Shown: in pieces, positions 31,596 through 41,975 of the stretch | Layout of the letters: the number at the start of each line of letters is the position of its first letter | How positions within the stretch are numbered: position 1 is the stretch's first letter | Assembly: GCA_963703315.1 (NCBI GenBank) | Contig: OY969811.1 | Span: 1,760,001 to 1,824,000, forward strand | DNA length: 64,000 nt | Reading direction: 5' to 3' | From: an uncultured cyanobacterium | GTDB taxonomy: Bacteria; Cyanobacteriota; Cyanobacteriia; Pseudanabaenales; Pseudanabaenaceae | Notes under the pieces: generated by a model | Databases searched by the model: none | What the model saw: the letters and a program-made list of their open reading frames with translations, nothing else | What the model was told of the DNA's origin: nothing | Translations under genes and position numbers: made by a program

Positions 31596-34500
31596 ATGAG
31601 TCAAGAGCTTGTTTTCCAAACGATCAGAAAATTTCAGGATAAACTGCTTGATCTGTCGGCTAGGAATAAACTCTTAAATTTTAAATTTTCAGAAAAGGCG
31701 CGTACACAGATTCGGATTGTGAACGATGCACCAGATCGGATTTACAAACGTCTAAACGAGGGGAGAAAGCTAGGTTTACAGACTCTGCCTGAGCCAGATA
31801 GTACGCCGCCCGATGAGAATAGTGAGCAGTTTCAACAATTGCTCATAGAAATGCGTAGCACTGATGAGCATTATCAAAATGCGATCGCAAATGATGATGA
31901 AAGTCCAGAAAATTTACAGGCAATTGAAAGACTATTGCGAAATCAAGTAAGAGCTAGGCTAAATTTGCCCCAACTGATCGGCTCGAAGATTAGCCCAACA
32001 CCTCAACAACAGGCGCAAGGACTTAGGATCAATCCTGCTTATGATTTGCCGTCTTCAGTCATAGATGGCATAAGTAGTAATTTGATTTTACAAACTCTAC
32101 TTTTCCCGAAAGAGTTTGAGCGCAAAGCATCAGGGCTATCAACGGGTGCGCGTACATCTATTCAAGAAACGGGACGAAATACGCTTTATCTAGCATTTGG
32201 GATGTTGGAATGGTTTGAGTCAGAGTCTTCTGATGTGCGCTTTATTTCACCTTTGCTGCTTTATCCAGTGATTATTGAGCGTGAGTCAAAAAACGGACAA
32301 TATCGCTATTTTGTTAGCGCCCATGAAGATGAGGTTGAGGTAAATCCTTGTTTACGGGAAAGGCTAAGACGGGATTTTGGAATTGAGTTACCTGACTTTC
32401 AAGAAGCTAGTTCACCTGATGCTTATTTTCGGGAGGTTGTACAGTTAATCGAAGGGTTGAAGCAATGGCAAGTGCGACGATTTGTGACTTTGAGCTTATT
32501 TTCGTTTGGAAATTTTGCACTTTATAAAGATATCGATCCTGAAAATTGGGCTAATGATGGATTAGCAAGTCATCCTATCGTCTCTAGCTTGCTTGGTGGC
32601 GGTAATACTGAGACGCATGACACATTTAAAATACCTAGCGATTATGAGGTAGATAAGCCAGAAATTAGCTGTAAAGTTCCTTTGATTATTTCTGAAACTG
32701 ATGCTTCTCAGTTTTCGGCAATTGTTGATGTGATGGATGGCAAAAATCTAGTCATTGAGAGACCTCCCGGAACTGGAAAAAGTCAAACAATCACAAATTT
32801 GATTGCGGCGGCTTTAGCTAAGGGGAAAACGGTACTATTTGTTGCGGAGAAAATGGCGGCAGTGGAGGTGGTACGCGATCGCCTTGATGCGGTAGGACTA
32901 AGAGATTTTTGTCTGGAGATTCATTCAACAAATAAGCCGAAAGTTGATGTCTACACGAAAGACATTAAGGGTAGGTGTATGAGAGAATCTGTTACACAAC
33001 CTGCTAATCCTAAAGCTATAGAACGTGAGTATTTAGAAAATCGTCAACAACTCACTAACTATGTAGAGTTACTCAATCAACCATTTAGGACAATGAGAGA
33101 TGAAAACAAAATTCATACAATTCAAGAGATTCTCTGGAGAGCTAAAAGCTTACAAAAAGCCGTAGAAGAGAGTAACATCCCAAGGAATTTATTGGCTGTT
33201 AGTATAAACAATCCACAGTCTCTATCTCGATCTGATCTAGACAAAAATATTAATCTGTTAATACAATTCTGCAAGTTGCAAAATGAAGTAAATGGGATCG
33301 ATCTAACTATATGGAAAGGTATTAATGCCTCAGACCTCAGTCCTATTGATCAAGAAAGATTATTGGATTCCTTCAAATATTGGAATGATTACATTGGAGA
33401 AATATTAGACCAATATCAATTGCAAGCAGAAGTATTCAATCTACCAATTGACCCAAAACTAAGCGATCTGCTGAGCCTTAATAACTTATTAGCAATGATT
33501 CCAGAATTACCTGATCAGATCGAACCTGATCTTTTAAAGACTCTGAGTCGTGATCCTTCTGCTATTCCACTTTGTCGATTATTTTTGTCAAAATATGGAG
33601 AATCTGATCAGTTACGTCAAGACATAAATCGCTTCTTTAAGAATGAATATAGCACTCAAGTAGATGTTGAGGAGGTAAGAGAATTTATTTCGACATTGAA
33701 CGTGTTTTGTCAAAAACGTCAACTGTCTACAGATCAAGCAATTCTAAGCCAAGTAGAACAGCTACTGGAAAATGATATTCAAAATCTATTTATATGTCGG
33801 CAAGCCTTAACATCTTATCAGGAGCTAAAGCGTCTTCTCAATATTACTCAAGACTTAACTATTGCAGACTTAAGTCTTATAGACAATATCTTTGGTTTCA
33901 TAGAAAACACACCAGATAATGTTTTGCGCTATCGCAATACCAAGATTTGTGATCCCTCGAATCGAAATTTGTTAGACAAAGCAGTTTCTGTTCAAAAACA
34001 GCTAGTTAATTTAAAAAGGTATATTCACTTAGAGTTATGCCAAGACATTGATTGGATAAGACAATGTGCGAAAAACTATAGAAGCATTTGGCTTTTATCT
34101 TTGAAATTTGGACAGCTATGGGAAACAGACAGTAAAAACTTTTCTTTCTTGCAAAAAATACTCCCATCACAAGAAGATGTACAAAATTTTATTGAAATTA
34201 ACCAAGATTTAATACATGAAAGTATTATTCATATAGATGATGTTCTTAGCTTTTTGGAACGTACTCCAGATAGCATCCTCTACTATCTTAACCCTGCAAT
34301 TTGCAACCCATCAAATTGCACAATTATAGATCAAGCGGGATCTTTTCAGAAGCAAGCAAGTGAGCTTAGAAAGCTTGTTCGTATAGAACTATGTCGAGAT
34401 ATTGAATGGGTGAGATTTTGTGCTAGTAAGCTAAGGAAAAAGTCTGTCTGGATATTATCTTTTTTTGATAGTGATTTGCACAAAGCAAAAGAATTCTGGG

Positions 34501-37500
34501 TAAAAGTGGAAGTGTCACTACAAGATTTTAGTGATATTGAAGTTGCAGATATTCTTGATAAAGTTGCCGATTTTTGGGAGCAATGGAATATATTTCTAAA
34601 GCGAGAAAAATTCAACGAAATTATTGGTAATCTTTATAGTGAAATTGATACAAATCTATCTCTTTGTTATCAAGTCAATGAATTTGGAATGCGATTAGAA
34701 GAGGCAATTTCGTCAATATCTTGTGCTGAAACCATCAAAAAGTTTATTCTCAATTCATCAACTTCAGAGCTACAGGCTGCTATTGCTTATCGACAGAATC
34801 CTGAATTTAAGTCGCTTCTTCAAGCTTGTAAAACAATACCAGATGAAGATTTCATAAGAGCTAGAGAATTTTGGGTAAGTATAAATATTGCACAACAAAA
34901 TCTTAATGAATTCAGAAAAGAGGAAAAATCATGGAAGAATGTAAAAGCCTCGCAAAAAAATCTTAGTGATCTTGAAGTAGCAGATACTTTAATTACAGTT
35001 GCTGAATGTTTAGAAACATATAATAATTTGCTAACTGAAAATAAGATTGCTGATATTTGTGGGCTACTTTATCATGAACTTGATACAAACTATGTTCTTG
35101 CAATTCAAGTAAATGAATTTGGTAGCCATTTAGAAGAATTACTCTCTGGAATTTCTTGTGCCAATGAAGTCAGAGACTTTTTTGTTAATTCTTCAAAAGA
35201 ATCCTTACAGACTACTGTTATATATCGACAGAATCTTAGATTTAGGTCATTTCTTCAAGATTGCAAAAGAATCCGAGCTTGTGCAATCTCATTAGATAAA
35301 ACTTTGCCTGAAGCTTTATCTATTTTGGAAGGTAAAAAGAAAGAATCTGAACAGGTTTATCAAAACTTGTTGAAATTAAATCTAAACTCTGATTTATCTT
35401 TTCAAGAACTGTATAACCTTTTATATCAATTCAACGATTATCAGCGATTGCAAGAGGAATTAGATTCACCATTATTTACGAGTGTTTTTGGTGCATATCC
35501 AAAGTCAGAAGTGTTTTCTCCTCAGGCTTTGCGAGGCTCGCTTAATTGGGTAGAAGAACTACAACAAAACAGACTGCCAGAAAATATAAAGTCAATGTGT
35601 CTCAGCTCTAATGTTCTAAATTTTGTGAATGATATGCAGGAACTTTTTCCGAAATATCGCTTTCTACTTCAGAAACAAGAGGCTTGCTGTAACGATGTTT
35701 TGAATATTGGCAGAATTGATTGTTTACTAATGTTTGGAAATAACAATATTCAAGATTGTTATGTATCTCGAATTAGAGAAAAATTACAATCTTTAAATAA
35801 GATAGTTGATCTTCAAATGTGGATTTCTTACAGCAATATCAAAATGCAATTAGAGTCCCTAGATTTAATGAATTTTGTCAATTTCTTACAAAACATTAAT
35901 ATTTCAGCAGAACAGCTTGACCTACTCTATAGGACAATTTTTTATCGATCTCTTGTAAATGAAATTTACAGGACACATCCTAGACTCAGAAACTTTGAAG
36001 GTCAAATTCAGCAAACTGCACGCCAAAATTTTCAAAACTTAGATCGAGAGATTTTGGGGATTTATCAAAGTACATTGGCTATAAAACTAGCTAAAAATCA
36101 AATTCCTAAAGGTAATGGAAGTGGATTAAAAAGCACTTGGACTGAAGGATCATTAATAAATAATGAGATTAATAAGCAAAAGAAGTTTGTTCCATTACGA
36201 AGACTCTTTCGAGATGCAGGACAATCTTTACAGTCTCTTCACCCATGTTGGATGATGTCTCCTGCAAGTGTGGCACAGTTTGTCCCCGCAAATTCTACTC
36301 GTTTCGATCTTATCGTTATTGATGAAGCATCACAAATGCGCCCAGAAGAAGCATTAGGTGTAATAGCCAGAGGTAAACAGCTAATAGTTGTGGGTGATCC
36401 TAAGCAATTACCGCCCACAAGTTTCTTTAGGTCTGCCGATCAAGTTGACGAATCTGAAGACATTGACTCAGAAACTCTGCAAGAAGAGTCAATTCTAGAT
36501 ATGGCAATGAAATTATTCAGTGTGCGCCGCCTCAAATGGCACTATCGCTCACGACATGAGAGTTTAATTGCTTTCTCCAACAAACATTTTTACGACAATA
36601 GCCTCACTGTTTTTCCCTCACCTAACCGCAAATTTGCCATTAATTACCATCACATTGCAGACGGATTATATCAATCAGGTGTTAACCCCATTGAAGTGAG
36701 AAGAGTCGCAGAAGCAATTTTAGAATTTATGAAAAATTCTCCAGAACTATCTCTAGGTGTAGTTACACTCAACCAAAAACAAAGAGACTTACTACAAGAT
36801 GAGATGAGTTTACTCGTCAATAATCATCCTGAAGTTGCTGATTACATCGCTAAATGGGAAGCAACCCTTTCATCATTTTTTATCAAAAACTTGGAAAATG
36901 TCCAAGGTGATGAACGTGATGTTATTTTCATCTCTACAGTGTATGGTCGCGAACGTTCCGACCTACAAGTTGCTCAAAGATTTGGTCCAATCAATAGCGC
37001 TAACGGACATAGACGACTAAACGTACTCTTCACCCGTGCCAAAGAGCGCATTGAAGTCTTTTCTTCCATGACTGCGGCTGATATTCGCCCCACCGAAGAT
37101 TCTAATCGTGGCGTTCATGCTCTGCAAAATTATTTAGAATATATTCAGACGCAACAACTGGAAACGGCAAGACTAACAGGTAGAGAGCCAGATAGTGACT
37201 TTGAAGTATTTGTTGCTAAGGCTATACGAGCTAAGGGCTTTGAAGTTGTGGCACAGGTGGGAGTCGCTAACTACTTTATTGATCTGGCGATCGTCGATCC
37301 TAATCGAGCAGGAACATATTTATTAGGTATTGAGTGTGATGGCGCGACCTATCACTCATCCAAAGCAGCACGCGATCGCGATCGATACCGCCAAGAAGTT
37401 CTTGAGAAACTAGGCTGGAAACTTTACCGAATTTGGTCTACTGACTGGTTTAAAAATCCTGAGCGAGAAATAGAAAAACTATTAGAAGCTATAGACAAAA

Positions 37501-37571
37501 TTGTGAAACCCATCAGCAATTTACTAGGGCAACCGCACACGTTTCTTAACAAACTAGCGAACATTTCTTAA
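31596..37571 (+). CDS. DUF4011 + SF1 (UPF1/DNA2-like) helicase + Vsr/DUF559-like nuclease; Hhe-like defence protein
   Basis: KLLDLSARNKLLNF; RPPGTGKSQT; DEASQ; GDPKQLPP; HYRS; VQGDE; RRLNVLFTRA; IECDG..YHS..RDRDR..GWKLYRIWSTDW. Confidence 0.88.
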   Translation: MSQELVFQTIRKFQDKLLDLSARNKLLNFKFSEKARTQIRIVNDAPDRIYKRLNEGRKLGLQTLPEPDSTPPDENSEQFQQLLIEMRSTDEHYQNAIANDDESPENLQAIERLLRNQVRARLNLPQLIGSKISPTPQQQAQGLRINPAYDLPSSVIDGISSNLILQTLLFPKEFERKASGLSTGARTSIQETGRNTLYLAFGMLEWFESESSDVRFISPLLLYPVIIERESKNGQYRYFVSAHEDEVEVNPCLRERLRRDFGIELPDFQEASSPDAYFREVVQLIEGLKQWQVRRFVTLSLFSFGNFALYKDIDPENWANDGLASHPIVSSLLGGGNTETHDTFKIPSDYEVDKPEISCKVPLIISETDASQFSAIVDVMDGKNLVIERPPGTGKSQTITNLIAAALAKGKTVLFVAEKMAAVEVVRDRLDAVGLRDFCLEIHSTNKPKVDVYTKDIKGRCMRESVTQPANPKAIEREYLENRQQLTNYVELLNQPFRTMRDENKIHTIQEILWRAKSLQKAVEESNIPRNLLAVSINNPQSLSRSDLDKNINLLIQFCKLQNEVNGIDLTIWKGINASDLSPIDQERLLDSFKYWNDYIGEILDQYQLQAEVFNLPIDPKLSDLLSLNNLLAMIPELPDQIEPDLLKTLSRDPSAIPLCRLFLSKYGESDQLRQDINRFFKNEYSTQVDVEEVREFISTLNVFCQKRQLSTDQAILSQVEQLLENDIQNLFICRQALTSYQELKRLLNITQDLTIADLSLIDNIFGFIENTPDNVLRYRNTKICDPSNRNLLDKAVSVQKQLVNLKRYIHLELCQDIDWIRQCAKNYRSIWLLSLKFGQLWETDSKNFSFLQKILPSQEDVQNFIEINQDLIHESIIHIDDVLSFLERTPDSILYYLNPAICNPSNCTIIDQAGSFQKQASELRKLVRIELCRDIEWVRFCASKLRKKSVWILSFFDSDLHKAKEFWVKVEVSLQDFSDIEVADILDKVADFWEQWNIFLKREKFNEIIGNLYSEIDTNLSLCYQVNEFGMRLEEAISSISCAETIKKFILNSSTSELQAAIAYRQNPEFKSLLQACKTIPDEDFIRAREFWVSINIAQQNLNEFRKEEKSWKNVKASQKNLSDLEVADTLITVAECLETYNNLLTENKIADICGLLYHELDTNYVLAIQVNEFGSHLEELLSGISCANEVRDFFVNSSKESLQTTVIYRQNLRFRSFLQDCKRIRACAISLDKTLPEALSILEGKKKESEQVYQNLLKLNLNSDLSFQELYNLLYQFNDYQRLQEELDSPLFTSVFGAYPKSEVFSPQALRGSLNWVEELQQNRLPENIKSMCLSSNVLNFVNDMQELFPKYRFLLQKQEACCNDVLNIGRIDCLLMFGNNNIQDCYVSRIREKLQSLNKIVDLQMWISYSNIKMQLESLDLMNFVNFLQNINISAEQLDLLYRTIFYRSLVNEIYRTHPRLRNFEGQIQQTARQNFQNLDREILGIYQSTLAIKLAKNQIPKGNGSGLKSTWTEGSLINNEINKQKKFVPLRRLFRDAGQSLQSLHPCWMMSPASVAQFVPANSTRFDLIVIDEASQMRPEEALGVIARGKQLIVVGDPKQLPPTSFFRSADQVDESEDIDSETLQEESILDMAMKLFSVRRLKWHYRSRHESLIAFSNKHFYDNSLTVFPSPNRKFAINYHHIADGLYQSGVNPIEVRRVAEAILEFMKNSPELSLGVVTLNQKQRDLLQDEMSLLVNNHPEVADYIAKWEATLSSFFIKNLENVQGDERDVIFISTVYGRERSDLQVAQRFGPINSANGHRRLNVLFTRAKERIEVFSSMTAADIRPTEDSNRGVHALQNYLEYIQTQQLETARLTGREPDSDFEVFVAKAIRAKGFEVVAQVGVANYFIDLAIVDPNRAGTYLLGIECDGATYHSSKAARDRDRYRQEVLEKLGWKLYRIWSTDWFKNPEREIEKLLEAIDKIVKPISNLLGQPHTFLNKLANIS

Positions 37572-38817
37572 CGAGGAAAAAAGGGAGAAACGGGAGAATT
37601 GAGGATATTTAGAAAGATAAGTCCAAAATGCTAGCAACAGTCAGTCCCGTCGGATTAATCGAAACCCACTTTGGGAACTTGCAAGATCCCAGAGCAGCAC
37701 ACAGTATCCTGCATAAGCTACTCGACATATTGATAATCACGATTTGTGCAGTGATCTGTGGAGCCGATAACTTCGTAGCAATCGCCGAATATGGCAAAGA
37801 GAAAGAAGAATGGTTAAAGACATTTTTGGAATTAGCAAACGGCATACCGTCAGTAGATACATTCGAGAGATTATTTGCGAGACTGAAGCCAGAAGCATTG
37901 CAAAAAAGCTTTATTAGCTGGATGGAAGCAGTCCATGAATCCACCGACGGAGAATTGATAAACATAGATGGCAAAACCCTGAGAGGAGCAAAGGAAGCAG
38001 GAAATTCGCGTAGTCTGATTCATATGGTGAGTGTGTGGTCAGCATCACAACATTTGGTATTGGGACAGCAAAAAGTGGACGAGAAATCCAATGAAATAAC
38101 AGCGATTCCATCATTGCTAAAAATGTTAGCGATACGAGGTTGTGTGGTGAGCATAGATGCAATGGGATGTCAGACCGAAATCGCGAAAACAATCATCGAA
38201 GAGGGAGCAGATTATGTGTTAGCACTGAAAGGCAATCAAGGTAATCTCCATAAAGATGTGCGTGAACTATTTACCTCTGCACGAGAACAGAACTTCAAAA
38301 ATATTGAACATCAGTTCTATGAAACGGTTGAGAAAGGACATGGGCGCATTGAAACTCGTCGCTATTGGACAATGGGTAATACCGAATACTTAATCGGTGC
38401 AGAGAAATGGATAGGTTTGAAAAGTATTGGTATGGTTGAATCAGAGCGCATTATAAATGGAATTATTTCTACTGAGCAGCGATACTATCTGCTTAGTCTT
38501 GAGAGTGATGTCCACAGATTTTCCCAATCTGTCAGAAATCACTGGAGTATTGAAAATCAACTACATTGGATTCTTGATGTTGGTTTTGGTGAAGATGCTT
38601 CGCAATCCTGCCGAGGCTATATTGCCGAAAACTTGGCTGTTATACGTCATATCAGTTTAAATTTGTTGTCAAGAGATAAAAACAGTAAGGTCGGTGTCAA
38701 GACAAAACGTCTTAAAGCTGGCTGGAACAACAACTATCTTAAGGATATCCTGAGTACCTTAAACATAGTCGCTGTCTAAATCTCGTTAATTGTTAAGAAA
38801 CGTGTGCGGTTGCCCTA
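37525..38817 (+). mobile_element. ISAs1-family insertion sequence, intact
   Basis: 28-bp perfect TIRs (TAGGGCAACCGCACACGTTTCTTAACAA); 10-bp TSD AGCAATTTAC at 37515-37524 and 38818-38827. Confidence 0.95.
37628..38779 (+). CDS. ISAs1 DDE transposase
   Basis: DPR, IDGKTLRG, KSNEITAIP, IDAMGCQ, LKGNQ, RNHWSIENQLHWILDV. Confidence 0.95.
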   Translation: MLATVSPVGLIETHFGNLQDPRAAHSILHKLLDILIITICAVICGADNFVAIAEYGKEKEEWLKTFLELANGIPSVDTFERLFARLKPEALQKSFISWMEAVHESTDGELINIDGKTLRGAKEAGNSRSLIHMVSVWSASQHLVLGQQKVDEKSNEITAIPSLLKMLAIRGCVVSIDAMGCQTEIAKTIIEEGADYVLALKGNQGNLHKDVRELFTSAREQNFKNIEHQFYETVEKGHGRIETRRYWTMGNTEYLIGAEKWIGLKSIGMVESERIINGIISTEQRYYLLSLESDVHRFSQSVRNHWSIENQLHWILDVGFGEDASQSCRGYIAENLAVIRHISLNLLSRDKNSKVGVKTKRLKAGWNNNYLKDILSTLNIVAV

Positions 38818-38859
38818 AGCAATTTACCGTAAATATCGTCAATCAAGGAGAAAACAGTT

Positions 38860-39090
38860 ATGCTCAAAAGTTATGAAGTTGCCATTGAAGGAGATCGCAT
38901 TACATGGCTAGGCGAAAAGCCAAGCTTCCAGACAACTCGTGCCATTATCGTAATTGCCGAAGAGAATAAAATACCAGTCACCCCGATTAAAAGACGCTCT
39001 CCGTCAAAAGCGATCGCAGGTAAAGGTAGAACATTAGGCGATATTGTTAGTCCCATTGTCGATGAAGAGGACTGGGAATGTCTGAAATAA
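38860..39090 (+). CDS. Putative antitoxin (VapB-like)
   Basis: Small ORF overlapping the downstream PIN gene; acidic C-terminus GDIVSPIVDEEDW. Confidence 0.7.
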   Translation: MLKSYEVAIEGDRITWLGEKPSFQTTRAIIVIAEENKIPVTPIKRRSPSKAIAGKGRTLGDIVSPIVDEEDWECLK

Positions 39091-39479
39091 TTGTGCTAGA
39101 TACACATATTTGGTTTTGGCTGATGACACAAGATTTTCAGAAAATTCCTGATTCTTGGCAAACAGTGATCGAAACTGCACCTCAAGTTGGCGTGTCTGCA
39201 ATATCTTGTTATGAAGTTGCCCTTGCATCTCAAAAAGGAAGACTAGAATTGCCATGTTCAATATCAGAATGGCTTGAAGAAGCTCTACTTCCATCAGGAA
39301 TCGAGTTATTTCCACTAACTCCCGCAATTACAATCAGAGCCATAAACCTATCCCTCATTCACAAAGATCCCTTCGATCGCCTCATCATCGCCACCGCCCT
39401 AGAACATGGCGCAAAACTTGCCAGTGTTGACAGCTTATTTGCTAAATATCCTGAGTTAGAAAATTATCTATTTGTTTAA
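39078..39479 (+). CDS. vapC: PIN-domain VapC toxin
   Basis: VLDTHIWFW, SCYEV, HKDPFDRLIIATA. Confidence 0.9.
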   Translation: MSEIIVLDTHIWFWLMTQDFQKIPDSWQTVIETAPQVGVSAISCYEVALASQKGRLELPCSISEWLEEALLPSGIELFPLTPAITIRAINLSLIHKDPFDRLIIATALEHGAKLASVDSLFAKYPELENYLFV

Positions 39480-39560
39480 TGTGTAATCTGGTGTAATCCT
39501 CATAGAGGGGCTAGCCTCAAATTTAGTAGTTGATGAAAGAACCTACCAAGCGTATCTGAG

Positions 39561-40100
39561 ATGAATAATATCTTTAAAATCTCCCCACTAATTCGGATTA
39601 CCTTACTGCTGTTGTATATTGCGCTGACTGCACCTTTACCATTTCTGAGTAATTTTACTCATGCAGCGATACCTGCGTCATGGTTAAGTGTGGGCTTAGC
39701 GATCGGATTTGTATTTTTATATGGTGCGCTTAGCGATCGCGTCATTCTCGATGATCAAGGCATTAGCTTGGTATACCCTCAATGGTTTCCCAGTTTTTTG
39801 CGAAAAGGTTGGTCATTGACTTGGCAAGAAATTAAAGCACTGAAGCCAAGAATTACGGGACAAGGGGGCATTGTGTATTATTTTGTGAGCAAAAATTCAG
39901 ATCAGGCTTATTTGTTGCCAATGCGGGTAGTGGGCTTTGCACAATTAGTAAAACAGGTTGAGGAGCGGACAGGTATTGATACTAGTGATGTGCGTCCCTT
40001 AGCTCAGCCTTGGATGTATTTGATCTTACTAGTGTTTACGTTGCTATTGCTGTTGATAGATAGCTGGACAGTTTATACAGCAATAACATTACCAAATTAG
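39561..40100 (+). CDS. Hypothetical membrane protein
   Basis: Three hydrophobic segments. Confidence 0.7.
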   Translation: MNNIFKISPLIRITLLLLYIALTAPLPFLSNFTHAAIPASWLSVGLAIGFVFLYGALSDRVILDDQGISLVYPQWFPSFLRKGWSLTWQEIKALKPRITGQGGIVYYFVSKNSDQAYLLPMRVVGFAQLVKQVEERTGIDTSDVRPLAQPWMYLILLVFTLLLLLIDSWTVYTAITLPN

Positions 40101-40187
40101 CTATAGTAGAAAGTGCAACAAAGCAGCAAAGCTTTACCCCTGCTCTTGGCATGAACAAGCTCAAAGAAGCTTATCAATTTACAAATT

Positions 40188-41579
40188 ATGGTCGCCATCT
40201 CTCCTAGCAGCCTTGACATTTCATCTGTAATCACCAATCAACGCGCTTTTTTTGCCACAGGAAAGACTAAAAATTATGATTTTCGAGTGGCACAACTCCA
40301 GAAGCTGTCAGCCTTGATTAAAGAAAATGATCAGTTAATCATTGATGCTCTGTATGCAGATTTACGCAAACCCGCGATCGAAGCCTATGGCAGTGAGATT
40401 TTGGGACCACTTTCAGAAATTAAGTATGTTCTCAAACATCTCAAAGCTTGGATGAAGCCGCAGAAAGTGGGAACGCCCATAAACTCATTTCCTAGTTCTA
40501 GTTATATTTATACTGAACCTTTAGGCATAGTGCTGATTGTTGCACCTTGGAATTATCCTTTTACTCTGACCATTCAACCTCTACTTGGGGCGATCGCCGC
40601 AGGCAATTGTGCAATCCTCAAACCATCAGAACATACTCCCCATACTTCTAAGGCGATCGCCCAAATCATTAACAACAACTTCGATCCTAGTTTCATCACT
40701 GTAATTGAAGGTGGTATCGAAACTAATCAAGCTTTACTTGCCGAAAAGTTTGACCATATCTTCTTCACTGGTGGCACGGCGATCGGCAAAATTGTCATGG
40801 AAGCTGCTGCCAAACATCTTACCCCTGTAACCTTAGAACTTGGGGGCAAAAGTCCTTGTATTGTTGACTCCGAATGTGATTTGGATATTACCGCCAAAAG
40901 GATTGTCTGGGGTAAGTTTTACAATGCTGGACAAACCTGTGTGGCTCCCGATTATCTCTTAGTTCAGAAAAGCATCAAACCTATCCTCATGGAGAAGTTG
41001 GTTGCCTATATCAAAACCTTCTTTGGTGACAATCCCCAACAAAGTCCAGATTTTGGGCGGATCGTCAACGATCGCCAATTTGATCGTCTCGCAAATTTAC
41101 TCAAGGAAGGCAAAATCTTAATTGGTGGTCAACATGATCGTAGCGATCGCTTTATTGCGCCCACGCTCATTGATGATGTCTCCCCCAACTCAAAAGTCAT
41201 GGCAGAGGAAATATTTGGTCCTATCTTGCCAATTTTAGAATATGACCAACTGACGGAAGCGATCGCCTTTGTCAAAGCTCAACCAAAACCTCTAGCACTC
41301 TATCTCTTTTCTAGCAACAAACAAAATCAAGAGCGTATTATCCAAGAAATATCCTATGGAGGCGGCTGTTTCAATGACATGATCATGCACTTAGGAAATC
41401 CTGAACTTCCCTTTGGTGGAGTCGGCGCTAGTGGGATGGGTAGCTATCACGGTAAAGCCACCTTTGATACGTTCTCCCATCGTAAGAGTATCCTCAAAAA
41501 TTCTTTCCGTTTCGATCTCAAGTTTCGCTATCCTCCTTACACGATGACTTTAGATGCTTTCAAAAAGTTGATTAACTGA
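40188..41579 (+). CDS. Aldehyde dehydrogenase (ALDH3-like)
   Basis: PWNYP, FTGG, LELGGKSP, GQTCVAPDY, EEIFGP. Confidence 0.95.
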   Translation: MVAISPSSLDISSVITNQRAFFATGKTKNYDFRVAQLQKLSALIKENDQLIIDALYADLRKPAIEAYGSEILGPLSEIKYVLKHLKAWMKPQKVGTPINSFPSSSYIYTEPLGIVLIVAPWNYPFTLTIQPLLGAIAAGNCAILKPSEHTPHTSKAIAQIINNNFDPSFITVIEGGIETNQALLAEKFDHIFFTGGTAIGKIVMEAAAKHLTPVTLELGGKSPCIVDSECDLDITAKRIVWGKFYNAGQTCVAPDYLLVQKSIKPILMEKLVAYIKTFFGDNPQQSPDFGRIVNDRQFDRLANLLKEGKILIGGQHDRSDRFIAPTLIDDVSPNSKVMAEEIFGPILPILEYDQLTEAIAFVKAQPKPLALYLFSSNKQNQERIIQEISYGGGCFNDMIMHLGNPELPFGGVGASGMGSYHGKATFDTFSHRKSILKNSFRFDLKFRYPPYTMTLDAFKKLIN

Positions 41580-41692
41580 TGTTAAGTAAAACCCTCACCT
41601 AGCTCCCCTTCTCCCGCAGGAGCAAGGCAACAAAACCCATATTGTTTTTTCGTTCTTTTGTCCTACAGGAGCTACGGCGTATACACAAGTCC

Positions 41693-41808
41693 TATAGCAA
41701 AGCAAGTTTTGCTTAGGATATAAAACCCAAGAAGCGAGTGGCGGCGCGAAGCGCCGCCACTCGCTTCTTGGGTTTTGGTTTGTACTAGCTAACTCTTTTT
41801 TTGCTATA
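41693..41808. mobile_element. MITE-like family A, full copy
   Basis: TATAGCAAA...TTTGCTATA; GCGGCGC-GAA-GCGCCGC hairpin. Confidence 0.72.
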
Positions 41809-41975
41809 AGTACAGGACAAAAATTTAATGGAGTTAAAAAAGGCTAGGGAATTGAGGTGTAAGTCAAAAATATCGCCACACTCACAAACCTGTAAACAAG
41901 TAACTCCAAACCGAAAAGACACTACACTCACTATCATTAGTTAGAATATTATCAAAGCAATTAAAATAAATCATC

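Noticed and set aside
37609..38660. Small ORFs overlapping the transposase
   Set aside because: Alternative-frame or antisense ORFs with no recognisable motifs.
41591..41692. Degenerate CCCTCACC..CTCCC..GGAG and CTACGGCGTATACACAAGTC segments resembling other cyanobacterial repeats
   Set aside because: Single, decayed occurrence in the window; boundaries cannot be supported.
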